Below are positions 39,201 through 51,600 of a stretch of DNA of 64,000 bases, piece by piece. A model generated the notes under the pieces. That model ran no database searches. It was not told where the DNA came from and worked only from the letters and a program-made list of their open reading frames with translations. The stretch lies in IMG/VR virus record IMGVR_UViG_3300042558_005069, positions 32,001 to 96,000 of that record; one strand, 5' to 3'. The DNA comes from a virus. How positions within the stretch are numbered: position 1 is the stretch's first letter; every line of letters starts with the position of its first letter. A program made the translations under genes and the position numbers.

Positions 39201-40784
39201 CATATTGACATTTATAGTTGCGTATATCGGCGCTCCACCCCTTCCCCCCCGGAATCCTGTCGAAGCTTCGTCGGTCGAGTTTGGGGTGTATTCTATTTTT
39301 TTGACGAATCTAGCTGCTGCTGGATTTTTAATAAATTGATCCAAAATTGATTCTAAAAAACCACGCTCTGTTTCGTAATATCTGCTCACGTCCGCTTCAA
39401 GCATTGCTTCTTTTTGTTTTGCATCAAGCCTTACCCAGTTGGGTATTTTTGCTAAACGCTCTTCCATTAATTGGCGAACCTGCAGGGGAGTAAGTCTTGT
39501 TGTGTCAAGCTCTATATCCCAGATACCGCGTTCCCGAAGGGCTTCAAAAGTGTTAACCAAGTCTTCGTTTACCAACCGAGAAGATTCAGATGTGTCTACC
39601 CCTAGATCTCTTTGAAGTTGATTTACGCTAGCGTCCCTCGCGGCAGCAACTCGTTGAGCATTTGCCATTCCGTGCTTGAATAGCCGCATGTTTTCTGGGA
39701 GGTCGATCCCGGACCAGTCAGTACTGGGAATGCGCTCACCGGTGGCCATGTCATAGGAAACTGTTCTTCCTATTCTTGCTCTATCGATATCCTCTAAGGC
39801 GATAATCTCTTGTTGCAACTCAGGAAAGTCACTAAAATCAATTTGAGACCGAGAAGTTGGTCTAGTTTCTGAAGTATAAAGCCACCTGAAGAAACTGGAA
39901 GCTTTATTCCTGAATCCGCCAGTATCTTCCTGCTGTGAATCCGGATATAGATCTTGCGCTTGTCGTGCTGCGTATTTGGCAAATCTTGAACCACTGAACC
40001 CAAAGCAATTGGATCCAAACATGTCGGTAAACTGATTTGCTGCCGGAGTTCCCGGAGGGCAGCGAAATTTATTTCTTTCATCCATCAGAACGCCAAAGCG
40101 ACCTGAAAATCTTCTTATCAAAGACCCACCGGGGATCATACTTCCAAGAGAACGACCAGGAAGTTTTTTGGTCTGGATATCCGGACGCAGAATCTTCAAA
40201 GCGCTTAAAGCTTTTTGTCTTTCCTCAAATGTCATACCAGATATTTGAGCTAACTGATCTACTTTTTTTGCTGATTCGGGTTTTACCTGTCCCGTTTTTT
40301 TATCAACATCATAAATTGTTAACTGAATTGACGGTTTTCGTTTTTCCTCTTCAAGAATTTGTTGAAATGACAACTTGGGGGGATCATCCAACCAGCCCAT
40401 ATTTGGCAACGTAGAAATACTGTTTTGCGAAACATTAGAAGGAAACAAAACAAGTCTTTTACCTGGTCCTCCTTTTGATGCTGTTTCAACGCGATGACCA
40501 GGAATTAGTTCTTTTACTCCTGGACGCGAGTCAGCGGTGAACTCTCGCTTTCTGTTGTCAGTATCCTCGTAAGCTTTCTTTCTTACTCCCGGGAACATGT
40601 CTGACAATGCTTTTGTTGCTACTCCAGCGTCTAACTTTTCAGATTTTACGGAAACAAGAACGGAAGATTTAAAAGCTGTTGCCCTTTCATCAATCGATTG
40701 ACCGCAGCATTTTTGAGGAGCGACAAGACGCGAAGAGACAATTATTCTTTCTTTTTCAATGCTAATACCCGTCATGGCGGGCAC
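33210..40784 (-). CDS. giant polyvalent protein, 2524 aa: HExxH zincin, ART-like, ParB/Srx-like and DUF3626-like modules
   Basis: HEFAH..EASAE; PSQ..ILDGHHRWAA; GDIEVVLKPQVSNRT..GDSL..IEAMVLGG. Confidence 0.8.
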   Translation of the reverse strand: MPAMTGISIEKERIIVSSRLVAPQKCCGQSIDERATAFKSSVLVSVKSEKLDAGVATKALSDMFPGVRKKAYEDTDNRKREFTADSRPGVKELIPGHRVETASKGGPGKRLVLFPSNVSQNSISTLPNMGWLDDPPKLSFQQILEEEKRKPSIQLTIYDVDKKTGQVKPESAKKVDQLAQISGMTFEERQKALSALKILRPDIQTKKLPGRSLGSMIPGGSLIRRFSGRFGVLMDERNKFRCPPGTPAANQFTDMFGSNCFGFSGSRFAKYAARQAQDLYPDSQQEDTGGFRNKASSFFRWLYTSETRPTSRSQIDFSDFPELQQEIIALEDIDRARIGRTVSYDMATGERIPSTDWSGIDLPENMRLFKHGMANAQRVAAARDASVNQLQRDLGVDTSESSRLVNEDLVNTFEALRERGIWDIELDTTRLTPLQVRQLMEERLAKIPNWVRLDAKQKEAMLEADVSRYYETERGFLESILDQFIKNPAAARFVKKIEYTPNSTDEASTGFRGGRGGAPIYATINVNMNRILSNQELMLPSLRPDQRLGVAAVGAATDAAGQEAVADFLVNSNHFAKRMAGLVGGPKTFAAFIGAHEFAHVYQGLAFLREAERKMQSPEGLDVPVYDRDNKFLGIKTVSSIEEMTGTDLFNLMDKMNDSIDVKDLDNALSKIENVRMLAGIYPDTYAGSERWGLEASAEIWGLREAGLVWGEDVDSALSFIDDAAARPSRVARVDSDVDADAADLASTAGAPSTQAGGVATPVSQMDADQLDEYLVNLASDMEATQEIEREQLKEYISNIANLSENEMIDEAALHSLNVDTIEEFSLKPLREQDILDDPNEDPRLTDLKRQHRDMLMSAWQKRSDINQKKYDDVKKAWRKKYGVGARGELERFDDDVVSARERAGLWTPDQARMAAQQLSLNELTDRAKDMSEDDILSEVVRSTRLFPSIEPGSTQALEIATGIEILKNEHVERSVKNGDKRSRARILRDLEEKIEETISPKPKPSKKFKKAQDVADFATAERARHRRSINKQQAAALREIADFEENPIALMLSPELQVQTGRAINRVTARRIRNNLAVNDSKSGQADLTAQVKNILLPALEAFDRSSASEGFEMEAIMEIAPGKTMGNSIGRIVEQDGFVSGVVSRSNAVIPAVSRADKKNEATLKNRVRVIIRVREGDRGIFPGQQDSGAQNFVMPPGSFRIIGRSDDGSLIVEAARQMDTVEVADRFVQTLTEGYDRGSARIVDDKIWRDGAVRKIRPVIDQAILDMRSSGRVVGPSSDDNSSIGETNSRINGDLADLDGYFGEGILADDGRFSSGAVRDDVLGSRESRQQRTRRRTKQISSDVNELRSVLAGRGSKKYPELSADSISPDVRDMLLSLSTAELQTKLDEIGYRFHSGLDRRVRVRMREADLEEFSRSGKFRSNMSAPGGSQIPGGRRVERLAAMGSSERSARFSSGAIQDSASLLERREIEKKTAAEALTIFDEIINSGKNVDDMTEGELTNLFQGRVKRTDRLAISERIEFVYEADNVQSALALMMAGHHVAVRYEDQTLTKQSQSQFEKLIKEGASAKIEAEHPDWLKFKQEFAKSNPQMDIGNDKDLKEAKRQYIEKWTADLCKLYNPEKNLLCSGHIGILREKMPQLNGRTFGNESLAIKMLVSGQAKGKWAYAGKKLKDITKLLPEQSNTENSEQYLSRLRSEGIDPEIINDYINATRYDRLSKMHPSKGGPQEPLGEEDKAWFYQNTNWQDTEVDLESEFMDFLEDVIKQPDGGNAVRRKEVVPSSYAPSQSQLVASKVDEINEAILSDSLNVVASMEKDGFQRGTPEFREEYIKRIFEEDDNGARKHWWTGAILATNDGFILDGHHRWAAYTVANRTLDEDMQIPLRVNEVQTDIIQGLTLGKVFQDVFGIKEARLGVENPWVKGEVAPATPEEVAMVKANLDETVGERIDELYDSGDFIQLGSVGLKNNPDYAEAARNRQRLAAERRPGPAARARQREIEEALEFESRDSANSFSSGRTTSITSAQRIRKSEAIVDAAISRTNVDKKTKESIKFALGLIDGSSERRLPRESIEQIGAEIARRSGNDIAKLALLEMADRGKINKNDIAEILGSIDYSADQNILPDQAQSIERAFKSALKALKESTDNAASEDIDTGRTGGPSRLAKVRRQMKRGSVSEERDVISGKNVGFAIDGITKEYYSRIGLPEEMSDEMLPVPGYVVHKSHIDAKKNKVKKNGVGNSLANAVFEVGDEDEIGDGLTALGDIEVVLKPQVSNRTAYSVGDSLTSGARPVRLNSTNREDISDAILGSTNKNSPSSNVETMLHMLAADKSNDLSIVNASFDEKSKMLTPDSNTLDATERKQIEAMVLGGFDMSEVEQINFPYSKISEMASSEKIEDVVNPTSIAERLRKAGFSDEEIQYFYSVNREGSLNTDAMRLLREYRTANKIKKDLGAKGFSKVKIAHPTGIDMDDPRSFYKGADSANSIESLLAERILNEITQQAKTMIKTMRDGKTPSLVGKKGGLL

Positions 40785-40789
40785 CTCTA

Positions 40790-42499
<1,710 letters not shown>

Positions 42500-42634
42500 A
42501 TGGCTCCTATTGTGTGGGTGAATGACCATCGGGACATTGACCTATAAACTGTGTGGCAAACTATAACGTATCACGTTCCGAGCCTTAAAATTAGCAACAT
42601 TCAATGGCTTTAAGAAAAATAGTTTTTATCTTCC

Positions 42635-45600
42635 TTATTTGTTGATTATTTCTGGCGAGGTTTTTCTTTTTCCCTTACGTCCAGGAGCAGAAGGCTTGTA
42701 CACCGTCGTGCCTTCCCTTAAGCGGGTCTGGGCATTCCTCAACTGCTCACCGCTGAAGATGTCTTCTATTGTGTGGTTTGTGCCAAATATTTTATTAAAT
42801 TGATCAACGAATTCCTGCAATTCGGACCTCGAGAATCTAGGCACGTCGCCTAATCTTTTTGAAAAAGTCTTACCTCTTCTTTTTGCGGCAGCCTGCAGTA
42901 CGGTCCCCATTTCCCTGCTATTGATAATAAATTGCCTACTTTGAACACTGTTAAGGCTTGAACCAGGGAATGACCTATCAATGAATTCTGTTAAAGCTTC
43001 ATACACGTTGGCCTTGGATGCCAAAAGCTCCTCATCCAGCTTTTGGCCTGCCTTATTTACGCCGAATACATCGCGAGCATTCGGGATGACCCCAGTTCTG
43101 ATCATTTCCGCAATATAGGCAATGGGTACTCCATCTTTTTTCCACTCTTTCACGGCGTCTTCACCAAGTCCAACGTCTACCTTCTTCACGTCGTCTGGAT
43201 CAAGTTCGGCGTCTACCTTCTTCACGTCGTCTGGATCAAGTTCGGCGTCTAAATCCTCTCCAAAAGCTTTTTCCAGGATTGGCTTAAGTTGCTTCGGCCA
43301 TTCATCTTCCGATATGCCGAGATGGTCAAGAAGTTGCGATAAAGTAAAATCTGCTCGCTGAACACGGCTACCCTTGCCTCTGCGGGCGTTGCTGGCAATA
43401 TCAGGGGGAAGGGCCTCGAAAGCCTCGCCCATAGTTCCTTGATAGCTTAATTCTACCTCTGCCTCTGAGTCGTCCCTTGCGGCAGGAGAATTCTCGAACT
43501 TGCCTACGGCGTTGAATCGTCTTGCTCCGTCCTCCAGGTCATCAAACTCTTCCGCGGTAAGCATCTTCCCTGACCCATAGATCTCCTCCTCGGCGATCCC
43601 CCCTATAAAGTCTCCCCTGTCGTGCCAGTATGGATAAGCGTCTGCTCCAAATGTTTCGATAATAAAACGATCTCTCATGTTTGCACGGCCGGTATTTTCG
43701 ACGAGTCTTTCTATGGCGTTCATGCCTTCTTCTTCGGCTTCCATATCGGATACTGGAGAAAACAATCTCCACCCGCTAAATTCTGGCTGACTACCAATTT
43801 CGGCCAATAGATACCTTACGGTGTCGTGCGTGAGCGCAGCCGTATCGCCCTTAAGCTTTGCTTCTTCCGTAACGTTAAGTCCAAGGAGTTTTGCTAGTTT
43901 CGGGATGGTAAGCGGCTCTGACTGGGTCCAATATACCCCCACTTTGGGAGTAGCCACGTCCACGACCTCCTCCCCTTGTAGCTCCGAAGTTATAGTTCCT
44001 CTGGATATATCTTCTTGCCTGCGCCATCCAGTAGGGATTCTGACGGTGTCAAGTAGTTTGCTTATCGAAAGCATCCATGAATCACCGGAAGGATCATTGT
44101 TTGCAAAATTGTCGGTTGTTTTACCGATCTTAACGACTCTTGATCCGTCGCTTTGCTTTCTTGCTCGCATCCTTTCTCCGACTTTTATGATGTTGTCATT
44201 AATTTTTTTTGCACGATCATTCTTCGATGTTGAATTTTGATCTGCTGGCATATCTAAGGCAATGCCTGTCTGATTGAAGGCGTTCCAGAATTGCATCGCA
44301 TAACGAGTTACTCTGTCTCTATCTTGAGGGTCAATGCGCACATCTGTACGTATTCCTGCGAGCTCTAGGGCAGATAGGCGCTGCTGCATTCCTGCCCTAT
44401 TCTCAAATCTGCTCACGCGTCTTCCGAACCTGCCCTCTGGAGTTCCAGTTATTTTTGAAGCCCTACTCGAACCTTTTGCTACATCAGGAGCTTCCTCGGA
44501 TGTTTCCGAAGGTTCCGCACCTGAAGAGAATCCAGCATCAAAATCTTCATCAAAATCATCATCATCATCATCTTCAGCCTCGATCGTGCTTATTTCGTCA
44601 AGCTCGTCAAGCACATTGTCAGCGTCGTCCACAGTCAGGTCCTCGTCTGAAATCCCCCGCCCGTCATCTTCTCCCTCTGGAAACTGAGCGGCTGGGTCAA
44701 ACATTGGACCATCGATAATTTCGCGTGCTCGTTCTCTCATTATGCGGACGGAAGCATCACGTAACGTTTCTTCCGAAACATTTGCGTCGGCAAATTCATC
44801 CATCACTTCTTTTCTTCGTTTGATGAACCCTTGTGTTGCTACGTCAGGTACGCCTATTCGTCTCATTTCAGCAATTAATTCATCATCCGGAAGACTCAGG
44901 ACGCTTCTTCTTGAAGCGTTAAAATCGGTTAGGTCTTTCCCTTCCGCGGCATACTCTTCTATTTCTCTATACACTTTTGGCAATTTGTCGAGTGATAATT
45001 CACTCTCTCTGTCAAAATCTTCTGGCAAAATTTTACGTTCGACACCGTCGCGAATGAGGTCTGCAATTTCTTTACGCTTTTGACCTTCGGCAAAGTGCGC
45101 CATCCACATTCTCGGTGATAGTGATATCGCTCTCATAGCCCTAGTTACGACCACGTGTTGAAGATTCATTTCTTCTATCCAGCCCGGAGGTCCCGAACCG
45201 TTGCGCTTAGCTGCTTCAAGAATGTCTACGTTTAAGTCATCGTCAGGATCTGTAAAGTCATCAAGCACCAGAACAAATTTTCCTTCTTTGCCTTTTGCTG
45301 TTGTTCCAGTTTGTATGACGACATCACCACCGCGTTTTTTTGCACTTTTGCGAACAGCATCACCAATGAGGTTTATTATTCTTGTAGCTTCTTCTGGGTC
45401 ATCTTTTGCATCTATGACGAATCCGTCATAATCTCTGCCCTTTGCGCGGCTCACCTTCGGGCCAACTCCGAAGCTCAGTCTCGTCCTCGACTGAAGCCCT
45501 AGGCGATCAAGTATCCCTAAAGTGTCGGACAGGTATGCTCCATCGAAGTTCCTTCCGGAAGTATCCGGGTACTTGTTCGGATCTGCATATACCGCCTGAG

Positions 45601-48600
45601 GTCTTCCAGTATCGACTCCGTCACCAGAAAGAATTAATTTTCCAGTCCATTTAAATTGTTTAGTTGCATAAAAAGTTTCACGTGGATCTGTGCCCGTGTT
45701 TGATCTGCCAGCTGTAGCTGTCATAACAAGTTTATTTCGCATTCTTCGAAAAGCGATTTTTTCTAGTTCTTCTACCGTTTCAGCTTCTCCAAACTCAGCA
45801 ATTGTCTCAAACTTTGGGGTTCCGTCAGCCTTTGTCCACTTCGATGTGACTCTTAATCTTTCTCCAGGCTGATCTGGTATTTTTTCTACAATAACCTGAA
45901 AGTCATCTGGGTTAATAGCATCTTGGCCGTCTTTGAAATCATATTCAAGTTCAAAATAAACAGCATCCTTGGTTCCTTTTGCATCAGGCTGTACAACAAA
46001 TATTTTTGTTGCGGCGTTAACATCTGATGATTTTGAACTCCTATCTGTACTTGACAGAATCTGACTAAGAGTTTTTTCTTCAAACTCCATCAAGCCTAGA
46101 TCAAGGCTGTCCCTCATTGGCCTGATGCTAGAAGAACGGTGCGACTTTGTCCCATCCGCAAGCACTACTCCGCCACCCCTTAGGGAAACAAGCATCTGGC
46201 TTGCAAACATTGTCTGAGATCCGGCTGGTTGTCCGTCTACTGGTTGAAACAACAATTGATACAATGAATTTCCTGGAGATTTTGATTTTAATTTAAATCT
46301 TTCTCTTATTGTTGCCATATCCCAATAATCTCCGATTAAAGGTGATTTTTCTGGTTTTCTTCCAGGGTTTAAACCGGCTGCAGTTTTTTCAGCCCAGTCA
46401 ATATGTTGAAAGAAATCAACAGCTTCTTGCCATGCTGACTGAGTTAACATTATTTGAGGTTTGTCTTTTGAACTTAAAGGCTTAACGAGTTGATCAAATT
46501 CATTTTGAGTTAGATTCTGGGAATCACGCAGTGTTTCTGGATTGTCGATTCTTCCGCCAAGGAAAACTGCACTTTCAAGGAATAAGTCTTTCCATGTTTG
46601 AACTGCTAAATGGACAGTTTGAACTTTTCCACGCGACAGAGCCATGTCTGGCAAATTACCAAAATAAACTTCTTCTTTTTCATCGACAACTCGAGTGCTT
46701 AAGGCTTTTGCAATTTTAGTTTTTGCGTCGTCTATTTCTTTTCTTAATTCAGTAAGCGCTTTTGCTCTTGCTTTTGGCGTCATTCCTGCAAAGTTTTCAC
46801 CGTTTAAATATGAATCAAAACTAACTCCATAAAGTCGCTTAACAGTATCGTTAACGCTGTTTGCTGCACCAAAATCGCCAGCTTTAACAAATGAAAAAAT
46901 ATTTTCTATGTGTCGTTTAGCTGCCGTGTCAGCAGCCCCTTCAACGTATTTCCACTGCTCTGCAGTTAACGGTTTGCCTTCATCCAAGAGATCCTGAAGT
47001 AACTTATTTTCCCGACCAAGAATGAGCGTCGCCATGTACCCGAGAAGACTACCAAAGCGAAATGACTGTGTTAATTTCGGCACAAAATCGGGAGAAATTG
47101 ACTGCATTATATTCTTTGAACCGTTGAAGCCAAGTATCTGCTGTCTGTCGTCGCCGACTGCTATTGTAGAAACTCTTTCTTTATTTCTGTTTAGTAATTC
47201 TTCCCAAACTTCATTAAGGTCTTGTGCTTCGTCGATCGCAAAAAGAGATATAGGTTTTTCTTTTGATGCGTATTGTTTTTTCAATTTGCCACGACTTCCA
47301 TCGATAGAGACCACAACCCATGGTTCTCCTTCCGATTTGTCCCATTGACGTATAGACGAAATTCTTCCAGTTTGCGGATCTATTACTTCATCATAAAATT
47401 TATTATTTTTTCCATAATAGACAACATCGCCCCTGCGTATATTAAATTGTGCAGGTATTTTTTCATTCGCTAGGCTGTCTTTGCTTCCGTGCCCAAGAGC
47501 ACCAGGATTTGTTGATAGATCCGGATCGGCGAGCAGTAGCAGTTTTGGCAACTGCCCCTGAGTTGGGAGCAACATGCCGTTTCCATCAACCAATTCATCT
47601 GCGGCTTTTTTGACATATGAAAGCCATTCATCCATCAGTTTATCTGGAACGTTTTGAAGTTGTTCATCGATTGCTTGTGTTTTTTTCTGTGCCTTTTTAG
47701 TTGAGAATCTGCCGGTCATCGTGTCAGTTTGCTCGCGGAAGCTTAGATTAAAAACATCTTTTGTGACTTCCGGGTTTGAAGACAATGACCACCTTCTGAA
47801 TGCCATTGCAAGGTATTCGCCAAAAAAGTCTACTTCGATCCAATTATTCCCGTCAGGCATGGTAAAAGGGACATCATACACTTCAATATTTTTAGTTTTT
47901 GCCTTTTTGCCTTTTCCTCTTGTAACGCTTATTGTTCTTCTGGGAAGACTCACACCAGCTTTTTCGAGAAATGCAAGCATGTCCTTGCCAGTTTCCACGG
48001 TTGAATAGCCAAGATCTTTGTAGTTAGGCCTGTATCCAATGAATTGCATACTCTCTGAGTCATGCTGTCTTCTTGCTTGGTCATAACCATCCACAGTTAT
48101 GGGTTGGTTTCTATTTTTAAACGATCTTCTTCTTGCATAGTCAGTTAGTAGTTCTATTTTTCTTCTCATCGACGGCGCATTTAATATTCTATTTTCCGGG
48201 CTGTCATTTTCTGCGATTCCTTGACGCAAGGACCAGTAAGCAAGCTGAGTAGTCGTTCCTATTCCTGTGTTCCCAGGAAATGATTCAGCTGCTTCTAGGC
48301 GGTTTTCTTTACCGAAAACCGTGTAGTAGATTGTCGGTTTATTATCTTCCGTTACTCCACGAGATTCTCCCAATTCCCTGATTGCTTGGATTAGGGTTTT
48401 TTCATCTGTGCTCTCTGGCCAAAAAACATCAACGTCTTCAAAACCTTTTGCTGGGTACTTAGCTGCAAGATAATTTGCTTTTTTTAGTAGCTGTTGCTTT
48501 CTAGTAACAGCATCTCCGGCAAATCTTTGTAGAATGTCATCAACGCTAAATTCAGCATTGATTGCTGCTGCGAGCATCTTCATTGTGGTTGTTTTACCGG

Positions 48601-51600
48601 AACCCGCTGCCGCATCAACTCCGATAACTAATTTTTCTTGACCGTATACAGCTGCTAATCCAAGATCAATAATGTCTCGCTGTTCATCCGTAGGAGGAAC
48701 AAGAAGATTAAGAAGAGACTTAACGTCTGTTGAAGCAGGAGTTCTTCTTACGGGTCTTTTTTTCGATCCACTACGAGCATTTATTGGATTTCCGCCACTG
48801 GCGAATCTTCCGTCGAGCGTAAGCGCCCTGCCCTGAGAGTCGGACACAGAGGCAATATCGCCATACATACGCTCTTCTTTTGACTGAGAGCCATATTTTC
48901 TTCTGTCTTTTGAAGAAGAAAGGTCTGAAGTGTCAGTAACGTCGTCCTCTTTGTCGAGGAAGGGAATTCCACTGGAGAAACGTTTGTCGATGTTGTCCGC
49001 TCTATCAATAAGGTCAATGTCTCCCATTGGGCCGCTGATTGGTCTGCTTGTTGGTACTTTTGGTGAATCCTCATACCCTTCTAACATTGAAAGCGGAACG
49101 GTGTCTCTTGATGACTTTTTAGCTTTTCTTTCGTTATCCTCCATGCCCGATAGACGCCGCAATGTTTTGGATCTATTTAGCATCCAGTCAACGGCTTGCT
49201 GCGCTTGACCCATGGCAGTCTTGATAGCGTTTGGATCGTTTCTAATCTTTTCTGCCCAGAATTTTAGATATCCTATGTGATCTTCTCTAACCATGGGCGA
49301 AATGCCAAGCATTCCCAGCAAAAAGGAAGACCCAACTTCTGCTATGAGCTCCTCAAACGCGTACGCCGGTGACCCATATTTTGCAACTTGAGGTCTATTG
49401 TTCCGGCTTGGATGCCCAGTCCAGTGCGTCATTTCGTGCAATAGGGTTGAGTAATAACTTTCCGCATCATTAAACGTTTCGAACGGCGGCATATTTATGA
49501 AGTCGCCGTTTGGAGAGAAAAATGGCCCGCCAACATTTGACTCTCTTAATCTTGGATTTAATTCTTTAACTATCGCTTCTGCATTTTTAACACGAGCTTT
49601 TGGACTCAGGTTTTCCAGGTCGATTTCTGGCTTATACATTTCAGGAGGCAGACCATCAATATCCGCTACGTTATAGACTTCTTCAACTTTGTACTGACGT
49701 GGATCTGATCCAAGTATCGGAACTAAGATATTTACAGGACGAGCATTCGGCGATGCTTTCCCTTTAAATTTTTTCCATTGACTTATCCCTGCCCATTTAT
49801 TGGTTTCGTAACCACGTGATACCGCTATGGAGTTTAACAACATACGGTTGGTCCCCTGGTAGGACCAGCTTTTTTGACCTTGGTTCTTCTTTGTTGGGTT
49901 TCGGGGGTTGTGCTCCCCTTCTCTCCATGGCATATTCCATTTGAATTTTTCTGGATTATTTACAGCTTCTTGAAGCATTTCAAGAATTTGTTTGCCAATT
50001 TGAGCGTAGTATTCATCGATTACGGCTCTGCCCTCAGCTGTTGCCGTATCTACTATGTCGCCAGGCTTTAGAGAATTATTACCGTCTCCTCCTGAAGAAA
50101 ACTTTCCAGTAGAAGAAACTTGGTTAAAAAAGCCATCGAACTTAAACCGCTCATCTATGGTTTTGTCGCTTTCGCGTTTTCTTAGAAAATCCAAATAGTT
50201 TTTGTTTTTTGCCTGAGCCTGCTTCCTGGCCGCAGACATAGATCTACTTATCTCTTTTTTTGGTTTTGCTGTTACTATTTCCCGCGAACCACTGCCTAGC
50301 GGCCGAGCTTCTGTTCCCGCTACCGAGGAGCGCTCTGGGGCTTCAATTTTACCGGGGACTTTTGGATTATTGATTGAGCCTGGACCGTCTGGTGTTGGGT
50401 CGGGCTGCTCAAGAGAAGTACCACGAAGGAATATACCTTCGCCCACAATCCCATTGAGGTTGCGGTCAATAGCTGTCCTTGGATCAAAATTCTCAGCATT
50501 TGGGGTCGAGAAAAATCTACCTGCAGATCTTGCTCCCCCGATGCCGGGTTTATTATTGGCTCTACTTCCTATGGCTCTTCCGAGCCTGTAGGCGGATACC
50601 TTAAATTCTAGATCGTCACTGATTAAACTTTTTTTTTTTAAATTATCTAAAGCTGTATCGATAGCGTCAATCAACTCATAAGAAACACCATTTGTTATTA
50701 CTATTCCTTCTGGGTCAACATACGTATCTACCTTATGGTAGTCAAATACTGGATCTAACGCTTGCTTTACGTGAAAAGCATAATCTGTGGATACTGGCAG
50801 GAAATACGGCTTTTCTGGTTCAAAAGAATCTTCAAACGTACCGAACTCGGCTAGATGTTTGAATTTCCGCTTTTTTCTTCTTTTTCTTTTTACTATTCCA
50901 CGCAGTCCGGCAATAAACAGCTCTCCTGGATACTTGAACTCAAAGTCAGCAATATATTCGTTTTCGTTATCCTCTGTCTCGAATTCGTATTCTTTTTTGG
51001 CCATAAAGTCGCCTTTTACAACACCTGGTGGGATTATGGCAAAGCGACACTTCCCTTCAGGCTCTATTGCCATGTCGATAATCTGGCAGCTGTTGTCCTT
51101 GTTATAAAAAACGCAGTTTGAGCATTTAACCCCAATTCCAGCAACTGGATTTTGTGCAGCTGGTTTGTAGCCTGCCCAAATTCCATCAGAATCTTCGTTT
51201 ATTTTTCCGTGACGCTTTACGATCTTTAGTAGTGCGTCTCTGAGGTCTGACTCTTCTTGATCCAGGTCATCGGCACTAATTGGCTTGCGGCTCTGCCCTT
51301 CGTACTGCACTGCTGGTAGGGGTACCACCGTCATTCCGTTTGGCCCTGGCTTTATGGCAATGGGAATCGATGGCATCTGGCTCGGACGAACAACCCTCTG
51401 AGGATCTACCGGAGGCAACCCGCCAACAGGCATAACTGGAGGTGAAGTTTGAGGCTTAGCAACGATCACTATTCTTTCTGGAGCGCCAAACATAAAGCGG
51501 CCATTGCCACCTCTGGAAAAATGACATTTATACTTTTCCATTGAATTTGACTGGTCTGTTCTGTTGAAGGAGACCATTCCGTTGTCTTCGTCAACTTCCG

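Noticed and set aside
44531-48793. Inteins as the cause of the helicase or polyprotein size
   Set aside because: No C/S-start and HN-C/S/T-end splice motifs or LAGLIDADG blocks were seen
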